A stretch of 63,056 bases of DNA, the filler included, from Hyphochytrium catenoides (Eukaryota > Protista > Hyphochytriomycota): the NCBI GenBank assembly GCA_900088475.1. It is 15 parts of 15 records of this genome, joined end to end, with 100 filler letters (N's around TTAATTAATTAA, not from the genome) between each part and the next. Parts side by side here need not be neighbours in the genome. Positions count along the whole stretch, not along the records: positions 48,823 to 50,645 come from FLMG01003404.1; positions 50,746 to 54,969 come from FLMG01003685.1; positions 55,070 to 56,817 come from FLMG01004757.1; positions 56,918 to 58,329 come from FLMG01002310.1; positions 58,430 to 59,645 come from FLMG01001567.1; positions 59,746 to 63,056 come from FLMG01001627.1; 9 more parts are not named here. One strand, written 5' to 3'. Position numbers and translations under genes: made by a program. This document shows, one piece after another, positions 50,442-63,056 of the stretch. The stretch's first letter is position 1, and each line of letters starts with the position of its first letter. A model generated the notes under the pieces. That model saw only the letters and a program-made list of their open reading frames with translations. It did no database searches and was not told the DNA's origin.

Positions 50442-51636
50442 GCATGTTCAGGAGATGGAAAGGGAGAGAGAGTGTAGAGAGGGAGCGCAGAGAGAGAGAG
50501 AGAGAGAGAGTGAGAGAGAGAGAGAGGACACGCCACACAGAGGAGATACGGAGAAAGTTGAGAAAGAGTGATTGACAGTGACGATAAAGATGTACTCGCA
50601 GCTACTTCTTTAGCTTGGTGAGGAGGGAGAGAGAATGTGACACACNNNNNNNNNNNNNNNNNNNNNNNNNNNNNNNNNNNNNNNNNNNNTTAATTAATTA
50701 ANNNNNNNNNNNNNNNNNNNNNNNNNNNNNNNNNNNNNNNNNNNNAGGGAACAGTCGCTCTGTCCTGAAAATCGGGCTGACATTCCTTTTTGCGGGAGAA
50801 AGAAAGAGGGCGGAGAGGCGTAACTCGAGTGCTACTCAGCCTCATGACTGCGCAGAGTCTGCTTCTTCGCGACGGATGGCAAGATCCCCAAGGAAGACGG
50901 AAGAAGAAGGGTGTGAGTCTGTATAAGTTAGGCTTGTCGGTTAAAGGTAGTGCGCTGGTGAGTTTCTATTCTTCTGTCATCTCATCCCTTTATTGCCCAA
51001 GCCCCATGCGCCTTCAACCATTGATGGTCTGCAAGAGAACTATAGGAGGGAACAGCCCATGTGCAGCACCAGAACAAAGACAAGGGGCCGGAAGGATTCT
51101 GCAGAACGCCATCAGCAGCTGTTGTCAAAAGGGAGAGAGAGATGCCAGGCAGCAGAAGCAGGAAAGGTTCCACTTCATCAGCACAATCAGCTTCAGGAGG
51201 AGCAGAGTGAAGGGGGCTGAAGAGCGCAGAAGAACGAAGCGAAGCAGGTGCAGAAGCTTCATCCTACGTCAGGTCCGTTCACTCTCGGTGGGTCCAAAGC
51301 CTGCCGGCCCATCCTACACATTAGACACAGCCAATATGTGTCACCAAGACTAAGAAGAAGAGTCATCAGTTGAAATGACATCATGAAGAGCCACTGCCGC
51401 TGACTTCCCCTTGTAAATAAAGACGAGGTTGGAGCCTATGAGACGACAGAGAAAACAGAGCAAAAAGGCCGTAATAATGGGGCGGAAGAGAGAGAAGAGA
51501 AGAGAGTCTGACGAGAACGGGGAGGAGAGAGTGGAGGGGAGGGCGAGAGAGAGGGAAAAGAGAGAGAGAAAAGAGAGAGAGAGAGAAGTGAGAGGGAGAG
51601 AGAGAGAGAGAGAGAGAACAGAGAGAGAGAGAGAAA

Positions 51637-51670
<34 letters not shown>

Positions 51671-52205
51671 GAGAGAAAAGAGAGAGAGAGAGAAAAGTGA
51701 GACAGAAAGGAGAGAGAGAGAGTGTGAGAGAGAGAGTGTGAGAGAGAGAGAGAGAGAGAGATCGGGGTCAAGTATCACTGCTCGCATGATGTCGAACGGG
51801 GACTTCCTAAGGCACAAAAGCTCTTCCACCTCTGTTCACCCAAAGATTCATGCAGCTGCTACGGTCCTGGAGGAGATCTGAATGGCTGCTTCAGAGCACA
51901 GATTCTGAAGATTTGCTCAGATCGCGCCTCCACTACTTGAAGATTATGGTTACAATTATGGGCAAGGGAGAGCTGCCAGAGCAGTTGTCCAGAGCTTTCT
52001 TAGGTACGCTGGTGCTTAGGAGCGCCCGGCCTCTCGCAGCACGGTATTGCCGATTGGGCCTACGCAGCTGATGTCGCAGCGCACGTTGAGTTCATCAATC
52101 CCCACCGTGCTAGTACTCCTTAAACTAGTAAAGCTCCTATAGTTAAGAGAGGACAACCGTCCGACTACCTAGACTCCACCCTAGCAAGACGCTAGCCGAT
52201 TATTA

Positions 52206-53610
52206 GTGCAGATGCTGGTCAGGATTATTAGTGCAGATGCTCCGAACTTGGTTATGCCATTGTATCAGATCGATGACAGACAAGGACTGAAAGAGGTCTG
52301 CATTTTGAAGGATGCCTTGAATGATTGTGTAGTGTGGCCATTGCGCTGTTTACGCCTAATGAAGAATCCCGCGCAGAGCGATGGTGCTTCTCCACCCAGG
52401 CCAGCGTCTTCCTCCCCTCCAAGATCTACTTCTCCCCCGACTGATGCTGCTGTACCGGTGAAAGACAGCACCGCAGGGCAGAGGGAGGTTCAGGAGCGTT
52501 TTCTACCTTCTACGACCTCAAACCACAAGAATACCACTTCTGCAAGGAACACAGTTATTGACCAAGCAGAGTTGAAGGAGGAGATGCCACACTTCAGCAC
52601 TCAGGTTGACGAGGCCTACCTTCAAGCCTATCAAACTTATTACAGTGAGTCTCGTGGAGCAAGCAACGTGAGTTCTGAGGAGCCAGATGTGGACTGTGAG
52701 AATGATAGCACGGAAGACGAGGACGCGAACATTTTCTTCTCTGAACCAGATGATGACATATGTGGCTCTGCTGCCTGCACATGCTGTGAGTTGCTCAAGC
52801 ACGGAGAACACAGCCAGAGATGGCTTCGAGTGCGGGTATGCCCTTTCACCATCCTTTATCACTATGCATGGAGTGCCACCAAATGCGCTCTAACGTTACA
52901 GGTGAATCTGGATGGGCTCCATGCGATGCCACGGGTGAGCAAAAGCGATTGAGCAAACGCCATGGGGCCTTCCAAATGTTTGCGCGACGCTTCCGCGACG
53001 CAATGTTTCTGGTTACCAAGGCGGATCTGGATGACCTGAAAATGAAGCTTGCCAAAGCAGGTGCCGCACTAGTCCTTTTATGCCAGCTGCCCTGTTTTCT
53101 GCCTTTTCTTTGTGAAGTATCACTTTTTGATCGCTGAATATCATCTGCTTGTCTACCTTATGTCTCTATCTATCCATACTCAAGAGCTCCTGGTCCAACA
53201 GGAATGTCGCCTGAAGAAATCAAAGTTCGATCATAACTACGATTACGTCCTGGCTCGCGTGCAAAGGCGAATTCCTCCACCTGAACAGCTCTTTGCAAGG
53301 CTGCAGTCCATTCACGATCTTTATGCCGGAATGGCGGACCATCGTAGTGGTCAGAAGCTCTTTTATGCAAAGGCACAGAAGGAATGGACCAATCTAATGA
53401 AACATGTTCAAACCGGCTGTCTCTCTGATCACCCAGAGGTGCCATTATATCTTGGCCGTGAGGAGAAGCACGCCGGAAGAGGTAACCTGTTGTTGCACCG
53501 CACTACAATGCAGAAACAAGTTCATTCACCACCATTCTCTCCCTTGACAGGCTCCACCTCCATTGATTGAAGACCCCTAAGCTGTTCGCGAGGGACGTCT
53601 GATAGAGGTA
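52206..53610 (+). pseudogene. Dada-like (DUF6729-associated) DDE transposase remnant
   Basis: VNLDGLHAMPR (DxxH), HGAFQMFARRFRDAMF, VQRRIPPPEQL, GQKLF, KHVQTGCLSDHPEVPLY, CSRGTS. Frameshift near 52945 and a disrupted region near 53570-53605. Family call from remembered motifs. Confidence 0.6.
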
Positions 53611-55539
53611 ATAATAGCCCTTGTGCTAACCCTGTCCTGTCTTCAAGAAATCAAGAAAAACCTTCATCAAATTGGTCCATTCCTTCTGTGCCTTTGCATT
53701 AAAGAGCTTCTGACCACTACGATGGTTCGCTATTCCGGCCGATTATGGAAGAGAGAAGACACACCATTGGCGAATAGTGCTTCTGAGGTAGACGATTCCA
53801 TAGACCTTGACAAACTTATCTGTCAGCGGCAAGCCAGAGGACTAGGGAGAGAGGCAATAGCTAGAGTCAATGTGAAGGTTGCACCGGACACTACCTGTCT
53901 TGCAGCTCATAAGTGGTATGAGAACACAAAGGGCCTCTGGGCATGGGCACATTAAAAAGAATAAAGCCATCTGAACCATGGTGCCACCGTGGCCTCATAG
54001 CTCTGCACTGTGGCAACCCAATTACCGACCAGTAGCTGACACACGGTGGGACCTGAAGAGCCCAAACCATAGTCCTTGGTGTGAGACGAACGAGGTGACA
54101 AGGGCTGCTTGACCTGACAGACCTCACTCGCTCTCCTCCCCTCCTGTTCACCTTCATGAATGGTCCAGGATCTCGCGATAAGAAAGGCCTGGAGCCCGAG
54201 AAGAAGAGTCCAGTCGGCCTGACCTAACAATGGAGGCAGGCTAGTGGCAGCAGCACTGCAGTGTCTTGCGCCAACAGCATTACCGTCCTCCTTTCGCTAC
54301 TCGCCCTTCTCGTCTGGGGATAAATAATTGAGTCCGCTGCAAGGCGAACCTCCGCTCTTTCTTGCTCTTGTCTTCCAGCTTACAAAGTCCCCTTAATCTT
54401 TAGGAGTCGCCTGGCTCCTCTCGGCCTCAGTATTACTCTAGTCTTTGTATACCGGACTTCTGTCCGTGCTTCAAGCGCTTAGGGAGAAAGGCTGCCATGT
54501 CAATAGCAGAGGGAGACAACGACGCCCTAACAGAAGACAAAAGCTTCGCAGAAGCGACCAAAGCAGCACAACTTAGCCGTCCTCTGTCATGGGCCAATGC
54601 TCACATCGGCGGCGGCGATTGTCACCAATTGATGAAGGCCTTGCGCCTGAACTGTCAACGCCATCGTCCGCCTCTGATGATGTGAGCCATAATGCCCCAC
54701 AGCGACCCTCAAAGAGAGGCCTCCAGGGCGATGTCCACCTCTAAAAGCCTGCACCTTTCTTCCAACTCCAGCCTTCGTCTGGCCCCAGCTCTACCTCAGG
54801 CGCCTCCATCCACCGGGCGAGCTAGCCCTGGAAGGTTCTCAAATGTTCCTGGTCCTTGCCCTTTCCTCTCTCGCTCTCTCACTCTCTTGCTGCTCTCGCT
54901 GTCTCTCGCTTTCTGCTCTCTATCTCTTTTTGCTCTCTTACTGTTCTCTCTCTCTCTCTCTCCTCTCTCNNNNNNNNNNNNNNNNNNNNNNNNNNNNNNN
55001 NNNNNNNNNNNNNTTAATTAATTAANNNNNNNNNNNNNNNNNNNNNNNNNNNNNNNNNNNNNNNNNNNNGAATTTTGAATTACGAAAATAGAGCGCTAAA
55101 GTGAGCAGATGCACACTAAAAGAAAAGGTTCTCAAAATAAAAGGATAGACAAAACGCATAAATAACGATAAATTGGAAGTAGCTGATTGGGTAGGAAGAA
55201 TCTCCTAGTTGAATGTTAGCTAATGAACGGCAATCAACAGCTAAAAAAGATAAAAGATTGCTCCTATTCATGATTAAAACGATTCCTTATTTGAGAATGC
55301 CTAGCTTGAAGCCAAGCGCTATCGAGAACTTTTAAGTCCCTATTCCAAAATGCAAAGAGCTGTATAGGAGCTTACCCATCCTCTGCGAATGTTGTAAAGG
55401 TGATGGGCTTGACCCTTATGAGAGGGGTTAATAATCCTACTGCTTGATAATGAAAGGTTCTGACCCCTAAGGAGGATAGCAACAAGCCTATCAAAAAGCT
55501 CGGCTTTCTTTCCTCCTCCTCGCCTGCTCTTTCTGCTCT

Positions 55540-55558
55540 CTTTCTCTCTCTCTCGCTC

Positions 55559-55589
<31 letters not shown>

Positions 55590-55690
55590 AACTCTCTCTC
55601 TCTTTCTCTCACTCTCTCTCTCACTCTCTCTCTCACTCTCTCTCTCACTCTCTCTCTCACTCTCTCTCTCACTCTCTCTCTCTCTCGCAC
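55540..55690. repeat. CT microsatellite with 12-bp higher-order period (ACTCTCTCTCTC)n
   Basis: About six tandem ACTCTCTCTCTC units from 55611. Confidence 0.85.
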
Positions 55691-56092
55691 GCACGCTCTC
55701 TCGCTCTCTCCCACCCCGCTCACTCTTTCCTCTCCCTTGCTTGATAGTACCAGCGCCCTTACAGCTCATTTACTTCCTTTTCTAGTCTCAAGAGTATCTC
55801 TCTAGCTGGAGAGGAAGGTGGCAGATAACGGTGAAGCTTGCTCTTTCTTCGTCTCTGCTGTGTCACTTCATAGCGCAGAACAGTAAGAAGTACTGGGGGC
55901 CAGAACGCGCGAGAGAGAGAGACGCACAATGAGAAACAGTCGATAGACAGTGAGAGCAGGACTCAGTGAAGTAGAGAGAGGAGCTTCGACAGTGAAGAGA
56001 GAGACAGAGAGAGAAGAGAAAGGGCTTATCCGGGTAGAAGCCGTTAAAATCCTTCGGCATTAAGAAGAAAAGACACCAAGGAGAGAGAGAGT

Positions 56093-56461
56093 ATGTCAAC
56101 CGGCAGAGAGAGTCCTATGGAGAGAAGTCTTCTCTGTACAATCAAAGTAGCGGATCATGAAGACCCTGCTCTCTCTCTCCTTCTTTCCCCTTCTTCCTCT
56201 CCTTCTTCTCCTTCCTCCTTTACCAGAATAGAGAGAGGAGAGAGAGTCAAAGAGAGAGAAGAAGAGGGAGATCTGGAGGCTCAGCTTGCAATGCTGAGGT
56301 GGAGAAAGATCCAGAACCATAGTCAGATCAGGCAGACGATTGAGCTCAGTCAGACGCTGAAGCAGCAGGATTTAGAGCTTAGCAAGGCGCAGAATAAAGC
56401 GAGAGAGAGAGAAAAATGGATGGAGAAGATCGTTCAGGAGGAACTTAGTAAGCCTCTGAAG
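56093..56461 (+). CDS. First exon of a coiled-coil hypothetical protein
   Basis: ORF ending at AAG|GTAAAG followed by a CT-rich intron; DLEAQLAMLRWRKIQNHSQIRQTIELSQTLKQQDLELSKAQNKARERE is heptad-like. Confidence 0.4.
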
Positions 56462-57113
56462 GTAAAGTAGAGTTCTTTCTCGGTCTCTCTCTCTGTCTCT
56501 GACTCTCTCTTCCTCTCTCTCTCTTCCTATCTTGCTTTCTTTCACTCACTCTCTCTCTCTCTCCCTCCACCTTACCTCTCTCCTTTCTGTCTCTTTTCTT
56601 CCGTTAGGCACTTCCCTTATATCTTCTCCCTAGCTTGTATTCCCTCCCTGTCTGTCCCTATACCCCCATCCCTTCTTCCTCTCTTGCTCTCCCCTCTTGT
56701 GCTCTCTCTCCTTCTCCTTTCCTCCCTGCTTCTTCCTCCCTCTCTCTCTCTCCTTCTTTTTCTCTCTCTTTCTCTCTCTCTCCTTCTCTCTCTCTCTCTT
56801 TCTCTTTCTCTCTCTCTNNNNNNNNNNNNNNNNNNNNNNNNNNNNNNNNNNNNNNNNNNNNTTAATTAATTAANNNNNNNNNNNNNNNNNNNNNNNNNNN
56901 NNNNNNNNNNNNNNNNNCGAAAGAGCAATAGTGGCAAGGTAAGAGAAAGGATGAGACATAAAGAGAATGGAAAGGACAGGATTTAAGGAAGGGCCACGTC
57001 CGTCTTCTCTCTCTGTGACGTTCTTCCCTCTCTCTCTCTCTCCTACTGTTCGCTTCTTAGCCTTCTATCGCTATGGTCTCTTCTCTCTTCTCTCTCTTTA
57101 TCTCTCTCTCTCT

Positions 57114-57164
<51 letters not shown>

Positions 57165-58429
57165 TCTCCCTCTGCGTCTCTCTGCGTCTCTCGTGTTCTT
57201 TCTCCCGCTGACGTTCTCTCTCTCTGTCTCTTCTCTTCTTAGGTCTCTCCTCGTTCCGTACCAGACGCCTCAAGCCCGGCCTCTGACCCACTGGAAGGTG
57301 CGCGCATGGCTCCTTTCACTGCCGATTGCTTAGTGAAGGTTGGGAAAGGGTTCAAGCTTGGAGAAGGGCTGAAGATTATGGGATGGAGGCTGGACAAGGA
57401 TAACAGGCACATCTATAGGTAACCTGCCCTCTTTCTCTCTCTCTCTCTCTCTCTCTNNNNNNNNNNNNNNNNNNNNNNNNNNNNNNNNNNNNNNNNNNNN
57501 NNNNNNNNNNNNNNNTCCCCCCCCCCAAACTGTTTGCACGTTATCTTCCCTTTTCCTTTTTCCCTTCTACTGTCGCTCTTCCCTTCGTTTTCTCCTTCTT
57601 CCATCGTCTCTGTTCCTCTTAGTTTGCTGGGGCTCTCTCCCTGCTTCTGATCCGTCATTGTCTGTTCTCATCTGCTCCTGTTTTACACTCTTTTCCTGCC
57701 CTCCGATCTTTAGCTTATCTCTCTGTTCCTGACTTTCTCTCTCTTCTCTCATGTGAGATTGGTTCTCCACTGGCTGTCCCTTCTTCACTTGGTTCGTTCT
57801 GAACTGAAGACAGCAATCTCTCTCTCTTTCTCTCTCTGTCTTCCTCTTTCTCTCTCTCTTTTTCTCTTTCTTGACCAGGGTCGATCCTCAGAGCAAGACA
57901 GAAAGAAGGCTACTGACTTGGGAGGCGATCTCTCAGGACAGCTTGGCCTCATATAACATACTCAAGAACCCACTCTATAGGGTACAGGCCTAGTGTTGCT
58001 CAGCGCTGCTGGCGCTTCCCTCTCTCTCTCTCTCTCTCTCTGTCTGTCTCGCTCTGTCTCTCTGTGTGTTCCTTCTCGGTCTCTCTCCCAATTTTGTTGC
58101 TTGACGACAGGCTCTGTTGCCCTTTCTCGAATCTCTTTGTTCTTAGTCCTAAGCTTTTGGCGTCACTCTGGCTTGAGTTCCTCCTGCCTGACACCTTCTC
58201 TCTCTCCTAGGATGCAATGATAGCCGACAGCGCGTATGGATCCAAGCCTAACACTAAGACTTCTTAGGGAAGAGAAGAAGAAGACTCTCTCTCTCCTTTC
58301 ACTCGACATCCTCTCTCTATACGGCTGCGNNNNNNNNNNNNNNNNNNNNNNNNNNNNNNNNNNNNNNNNNNNNTTAATTAATTAANNNNNNNNNNNNNNN
58401 NNNNNNNNNNNNNNNNNNNNNNNNNNNNN

Positions 58430-58782
58430 CTGGTGATGAAGGCGGCTAGGACCACTTCTGTCCTTTGGTCACTAGCCGTCGTCGGCCTGATTTCTTCCTG
58501 ACAAGTAGTGGCTTGAAGCCCGGCTTTGCTCCCTTTCTCTTCCGTCGTAGAGCAGTTCTGCGTAGTAAAGTGGCGAACCCCCGAGGGCTCGTGAGGATCC
58601 ACTCTGCCATAGGAGCTAAGATCTAGTTTTTGCTTGAGAAGATGAGGACCGATCCCGGCTCCCTTTTGATAGTCTGGCCCAACCGATGACTCGGCTTGCC
58701 ATGAGAACCATAAGAGACTCAGCAGGGGAACTAGTAAGATTCCTACCGTGGAATGTCGTCTGACATGAGGTGATAGCTGCAT
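58430..58782 (-). CDS. Possible type II membrane protein, N-terminal part
   Basis: MQLSPHVRRHSTV-GILLVPLLSLLWFSW (single TM) plus a polar stem, open to the contig end. Confidence 0.35.
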
Positions 58783-61700
58783 GTCAGAATAGCTAGCAAG
58801 CAATCGTGGACGTGAAGATCGAAGTAGTAAACGCGAACACTCTTCGGGCGGAGAAGGGTCGGCCGGGCTGTCTGTCAGAGATGAAGAAGCGGAAAGTCTA
58901 ATGGACGACACTCCCTGAGCAATTGACAATCACGAGGTCCGGGGTCCTCTTCTGGTCAGGCCGGTGTAGCATAATTCACCATGCCAGCTGCAGTTCACAT
59001 CATTATAGGGAGACGACCACAACAACTATCTTCAGGCGCCGTCCCCACCACAGCTGCGCCAGAAAGTCGGAGGAGCTTACGGAGAGACCCGTTCAGAGAG
59101 AATCAACGGGCCGTGGGGTGCAGCCCCTCCTTAAGGCAGGTCTCTATCTTCCATGAAAGCATGGTCTGGTCTCATAGATCTCGAGGCCGCAGATGCAGCT
59201 TCGCGTCCGCCCAATCTGCCCCTTTGAGCTTCAACATTTCCTGAAGCCGCTAACGATCATTACATACACGCAAGTCTACACGGAACTACGCGTTACAGCT
59301 ACTACGGCCCACTACTGTTTTACAGCAGAGCATGCATGACGACGAAACGTCACGGTCCTGCTCAGCTACCAGACGGTCTGCCATCTCTGTCTTTCTGTTG
59401 GGCCGTCAGCAGTGTGGCGGAGGCTGGATCATCACTCATCATGCTGCTGCTTCGTCGGTCGTAGGGGCCAACTAGGACTTCTTCTCCCCTCCTCCTCCCT
59501 CTCTATCCTCACAGCTCTTCCCTCTCTCTCTCTCTCCCTCCCTCTCACCTCTCTCTCTCCTCTCTCTCTCTCCCTCTCTCTCTCTTCCTCTGTCTCTTCC
59601 TCTGTCTCTGTCTCTCTCTCTCTCTGTCTCTCTCTCTCTGTCTCTNNNNNNNNNNNNNNNNNNNNNNNNNNNNNNNNNNNNNNNNNNNNTTAATTAATTA
59701 ANNNNNNNNNNNNNNNNNNNNNNNNNNNNNNNNNNNNNNNNNNNNAGAGAGAGAGAGAGAAAGAGAGAGAAATAGAGATTGTGTGAAGATGCAGAAGTGA
59801 GGATATGTCCCTCCCTTCCTGGAACCAACAAATGTCGCTATTCTTATATGCATCAACAAACCCTCGAACTATAATAGGAAAGGAGGGCCCCTTGGTAATA
59901 ATATGACAGTCATCTGACTCTTCAGCTATCCTTATCTCGACGCATTCATAAAAGAGTGGTAGACCTCTGTCCGCCCCCTCACTGGTCCCCCTTTCTGAAT
60001 TATTCTGGCAGCACCAGCCAAAAGACAAACACTTTGCAATACAAACAGTGAAGAATGATGATAATTTACGGTAATGTTGGCTCCTCTCCTCCTAAGAAAT
60101 GTATGGCTAGCGTACTTGACAGCTGAATTTTTTGTAGTTCTTGACAAGAAGTGACGCTTATTTTGGCAAAGATACACATCCTGTGCCTCGTCTACAACTT
60201 CCCTCTTCTCTCCATTCCGTCTGTTCTTTCTTTCTCTTTCCCTGTCTTTTATTACTCTGAACAAGACGATGCGCGCTCATCTCCGTCTTCCCTATCTCTT
60301 CTCTCTCCTCTGACTCAAGAGCAGCTCTGAGGGTTTTTCTGGTGCATAACTATCCCCAGTCCCGCTCTGGGTGAGAGTTGCCCAAAGAAGAACTGAAATG
60401 GATATCTACGGCGACAAGGACAAGGTCTGTCATCGCACAGGTGGCGGTGCCTCCTCTGGCGGTCATAGTGGGTTTCTCTCCCTTGTGTTCCTTCTGCGGT
60501 GTTAACGCCGGATACCGTTGCGCTCGTGAAGAGCCCGTCCATCGGCTAACTCGCTCTTCTCCTTTCCCCGCCTGAGGAGTTGGCGGTCCTAGGGTATAGC
60601 AATCGCTTCACAGTGGTGACAGCCTTTGATCAATATCATCTCGGTCCCTCATCGTCCTCTGCAAAAAGCAATACCCTTTGTTATGAAGGGGATGATCGGT
60701 CCGGATATCAGATGGCTGCGGTTGAGGTCCGGAAGCGCCATAAGTATCTGGCAGCTTGTCATGCCCATTAGATCGACTTCCCTCCCTTGGTTTAGGAGTT
60801 TTAGTGGAGGGGCGGCCACGACTGCAGCTTTGTCAATACATTCTGTCTGCTCCACCAGATCGGAACGGTTGCAGTCGAACGTGATGTAGGTACACTTCTT
60901 TCGACATTTTTCTGATCAGGCAAGTGTCCCTGGCTCTTCACGAGCAGGAGGCCCGTATGATTGTTTCTCGATTACAGCCTTCCCACGCCCTTTCCTGCTG
61001 CTTTCCCTTCCCTTTCCACGCCCTTTCTTGCTGCTTTCCACTTCGCTCTTCTTCTTCTTCCTCTCTTTTTTCTCCTATTTCCCATCGAGTTGCTGCTGCC
61101 CCCGCTTCTCTTATTTTCTCCTGTTGTCGTTCGAGAGGAGGATCGAGAAAATTTTCCTTCTCTGGCATCAAGTGGAGAGGAAGATGAATGCGCCGCTTCC
61201 TCGGTGTCACCGCAGCAACCTGCTTGCTGTCAATTCTCCCNNNNNNNNNNNNNNNNNNNNNNNNNNNNNNNNNNNNNNNNNNNNNNNNNNNNNNNAACAA
61301 TCATACGGCGGGCCGCCTCCTCCTGAAGGAGCCAGGGACACTTGCCTGATCAAAGATGCCGAAAAAAGTGTATATCGCGTTCGTCTGGGACCGTCTGATA
61401 GGCGTGGGCTGCGCAAATGGTATTGACAAAGCCCGCGAAGACGGTGGCGAGCTCTTAGCCAAAAGACTCCCAAACCAAAGGAAGTAAGTCAACCTATCTG
61501 GTGGGCATTGCAAGCCGCCAGATACTTATGGCATTTNNNNNNNNNNNNNNNNNNNNNNNNNNNNNNNNNNNNNNNNNNNNNNNNNNNNNNNNNNNNNNNN
61601 NNNNNNNNNNNNNNNNNNNNNNNNNNNNNNNNNTCTCTCCCCTCTCTTACCTTCTCTCGCGTCAACTCTTTCTGTGTATCCCAATGACTCCCATCTCCCA

Positions 61701-62340
61701 TCTGATCTCCTCTTTCCTTTGTCCCTCTTTTCCTCTTTAATCAATGCTACCCGTTGTCGTTTTACATTTTGGGGGAATGAGGGAAGCTTCACCGCCACTA
61801 CTGTTTATGGTCTTGGTGAGGGGTTGTGTAGCTGCCTGTGAAGAAGAAGCAGGAGCCGCACGTTGACAATCTGTGGTCATCGTATGCCAAAGAGCAACTA
61901 ACGAGAAGAGTAGAGAGAACCCTTCGATTGTCCAGCGGCGTACTTAGCCACCGCTCTAGTAATGCGACTCCGTGTTGTCCAGAAGTACTGGACAGGACAG
62001 GGCACACATCGTTCTGCATCATCAGGCGGCATGGATTCTGACGACAACCTCCTCCCTGCGCTTCCGCTGCTGCTGCCACCAGGAGGAGAATCAGCGGAAC
62101 AACAGCTGCTACTCCTTTCTAACGGCTCCCTCAACGCTTGGGTAAACACGAGGTACAACTTTGTTCTGTCTGACTGCTTGCTCACGTTCTCCCCACACTC
62201 TTCTTTCTTCAAATCATCTCAACTTCTTCTTTCTGCTCTTCCTTCACTCCTCATTATTCTCTTAAAATTCTTTTTTCAGCGATCTTTTCTTCTTTCTCTT
62301 TTCTTCTGCAGTTCAACCAATCATCTCTTTTTTTCCATAC

Positions 62341-62454
62341 GCTGGCTGTATAAAGTAAATGCAGAATGCGCCGACCCGACATTAGAACGGAGAGGAGCTG
62401 GCTGTATAAAGCAACAATGCAGAATGCGCCGACCCGACATTAGAACGGAGAGGA
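62341..62454 (+). repeat. Two-copy tandem repeat of about 57 bp
   Basis: GCTGGCTGTATAAAG...GCAGAATGCGCCGACCCGACATTAGAACGGAGAGGA occurs twice. Confidence 0.85.
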
Positions 62455-62939
62455 CCAAAAAAGTTCTTCCGTCACTGCCAAGGATAGATGATGAAGTTCT
62501 ATACAAACTTCATGGTTCTACCGAAGTAGTTCACTAGATTATTAGACATGATCCATGGCTATGCACGATTATTACATACTACTAGCAGAGGCCATTGCAC
62601 CCGCACTACTTCACATTCGCTGTAAGAGGAGTAGGAGTATTTACCTACACGGTTGTTATAACCCAACCAATAATGCTCCCCAGCAGGAGCAATCTTATTT
62701 TTTTGTTGAACTAAATGTCGAGTATGCTCTCAGTGATACGAGGTTTACGTTCTGCATCATTTACTACCTCGATGGTAATACACAGCCCTAACTCTGACTA
62801 GGACCTCGTCGACATAAAATGAGGACTTCATAGGCAAACTGCTAATAATGCCGCTTCCGCTTCAGCTTGACAAAAAGCAACAAGATTGCAAACAACGCAT
62901 GCGACGAAGAATAATGCTTAGGGGAGCTTCACCAGGCCT

Positions 62940-63001
62940 CGCCTGCTTTATAAAACTCAGGGGTACTGCAACACTACTAGGGTCTCACATTGGTATCAGA
63001 G
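62940..63001 (+). mobile_element. 3' end of an LTR plus tRNA-iMet primer-binding site
   Basis: ...GGTCTCACA-T-TGGTATCAGAG, with the PBS at 62991-63001; TATAAAA about 40 bp upstream. The LTR start is not defined. Confidence 0.6.
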
Positions 63002-63056
63002 AATATCGCGCTATCATCGGTCAACAATGATCTTCTTGGAAACATTGGTGCAACCC

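Noticed and set aside
52199-52241. Direct repeat ATTATTAGTGCAGATGCT about 25 bp apart
   Set aside because: Looks like a local slippage duplication; nothing substantial lies between the copies.
62341-62454. CRISPR-like repeat
   Set aside because: Only two copies, no unique spacer, eukaryotic context, no cas genes.

Overview
This is eukaryotic (protist) DNA, not one locus. It is 15 scaffold fragments joined by an artificial N-TTAATTAATTAA-N linker (near 10.2, 20.7, 26.1, 35.7, 40.8, 42.9, 45.1, 46.8, 48.8, 50.7, 55.0, 56.9, 58.4 and 59.7 kb), so adjacency across linkers means nothing. Genes have short canonical GT-AG introns, the standard code fits the exon chains I traced, and (CT)n/(GA)n tracts are very abundant; most ORF-track entries are microsatellite artefacts. 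Host genes: a Tudor-like protein, kanadaptin (FHA), a 12-Cys secreted protein, a UBL-RRM (Vip1/BPA1-like) protein, a full ABCC/MRP transporter, and a polycystin-1-like receptor (EGF/TSP1/GPS) with a whole tetraspanin-like module and an IQ motif embedded in it. Mobile DNA: an intron-containing Sola3-like DDD transposase fused to a zinc finger and an OTU protease domain, interrupted by a 179-bp TG...CA element carrying an antisense tRNA-like sequence; Copia fragments and LTRs; degraded Gypsy relics; a Dada-like transposase remnant. A stramenopile-like origin is my guess from the Tudor-type and Cys-rich proteins and is not verified. All family assignments come from motif recognition by eye, not database searches.
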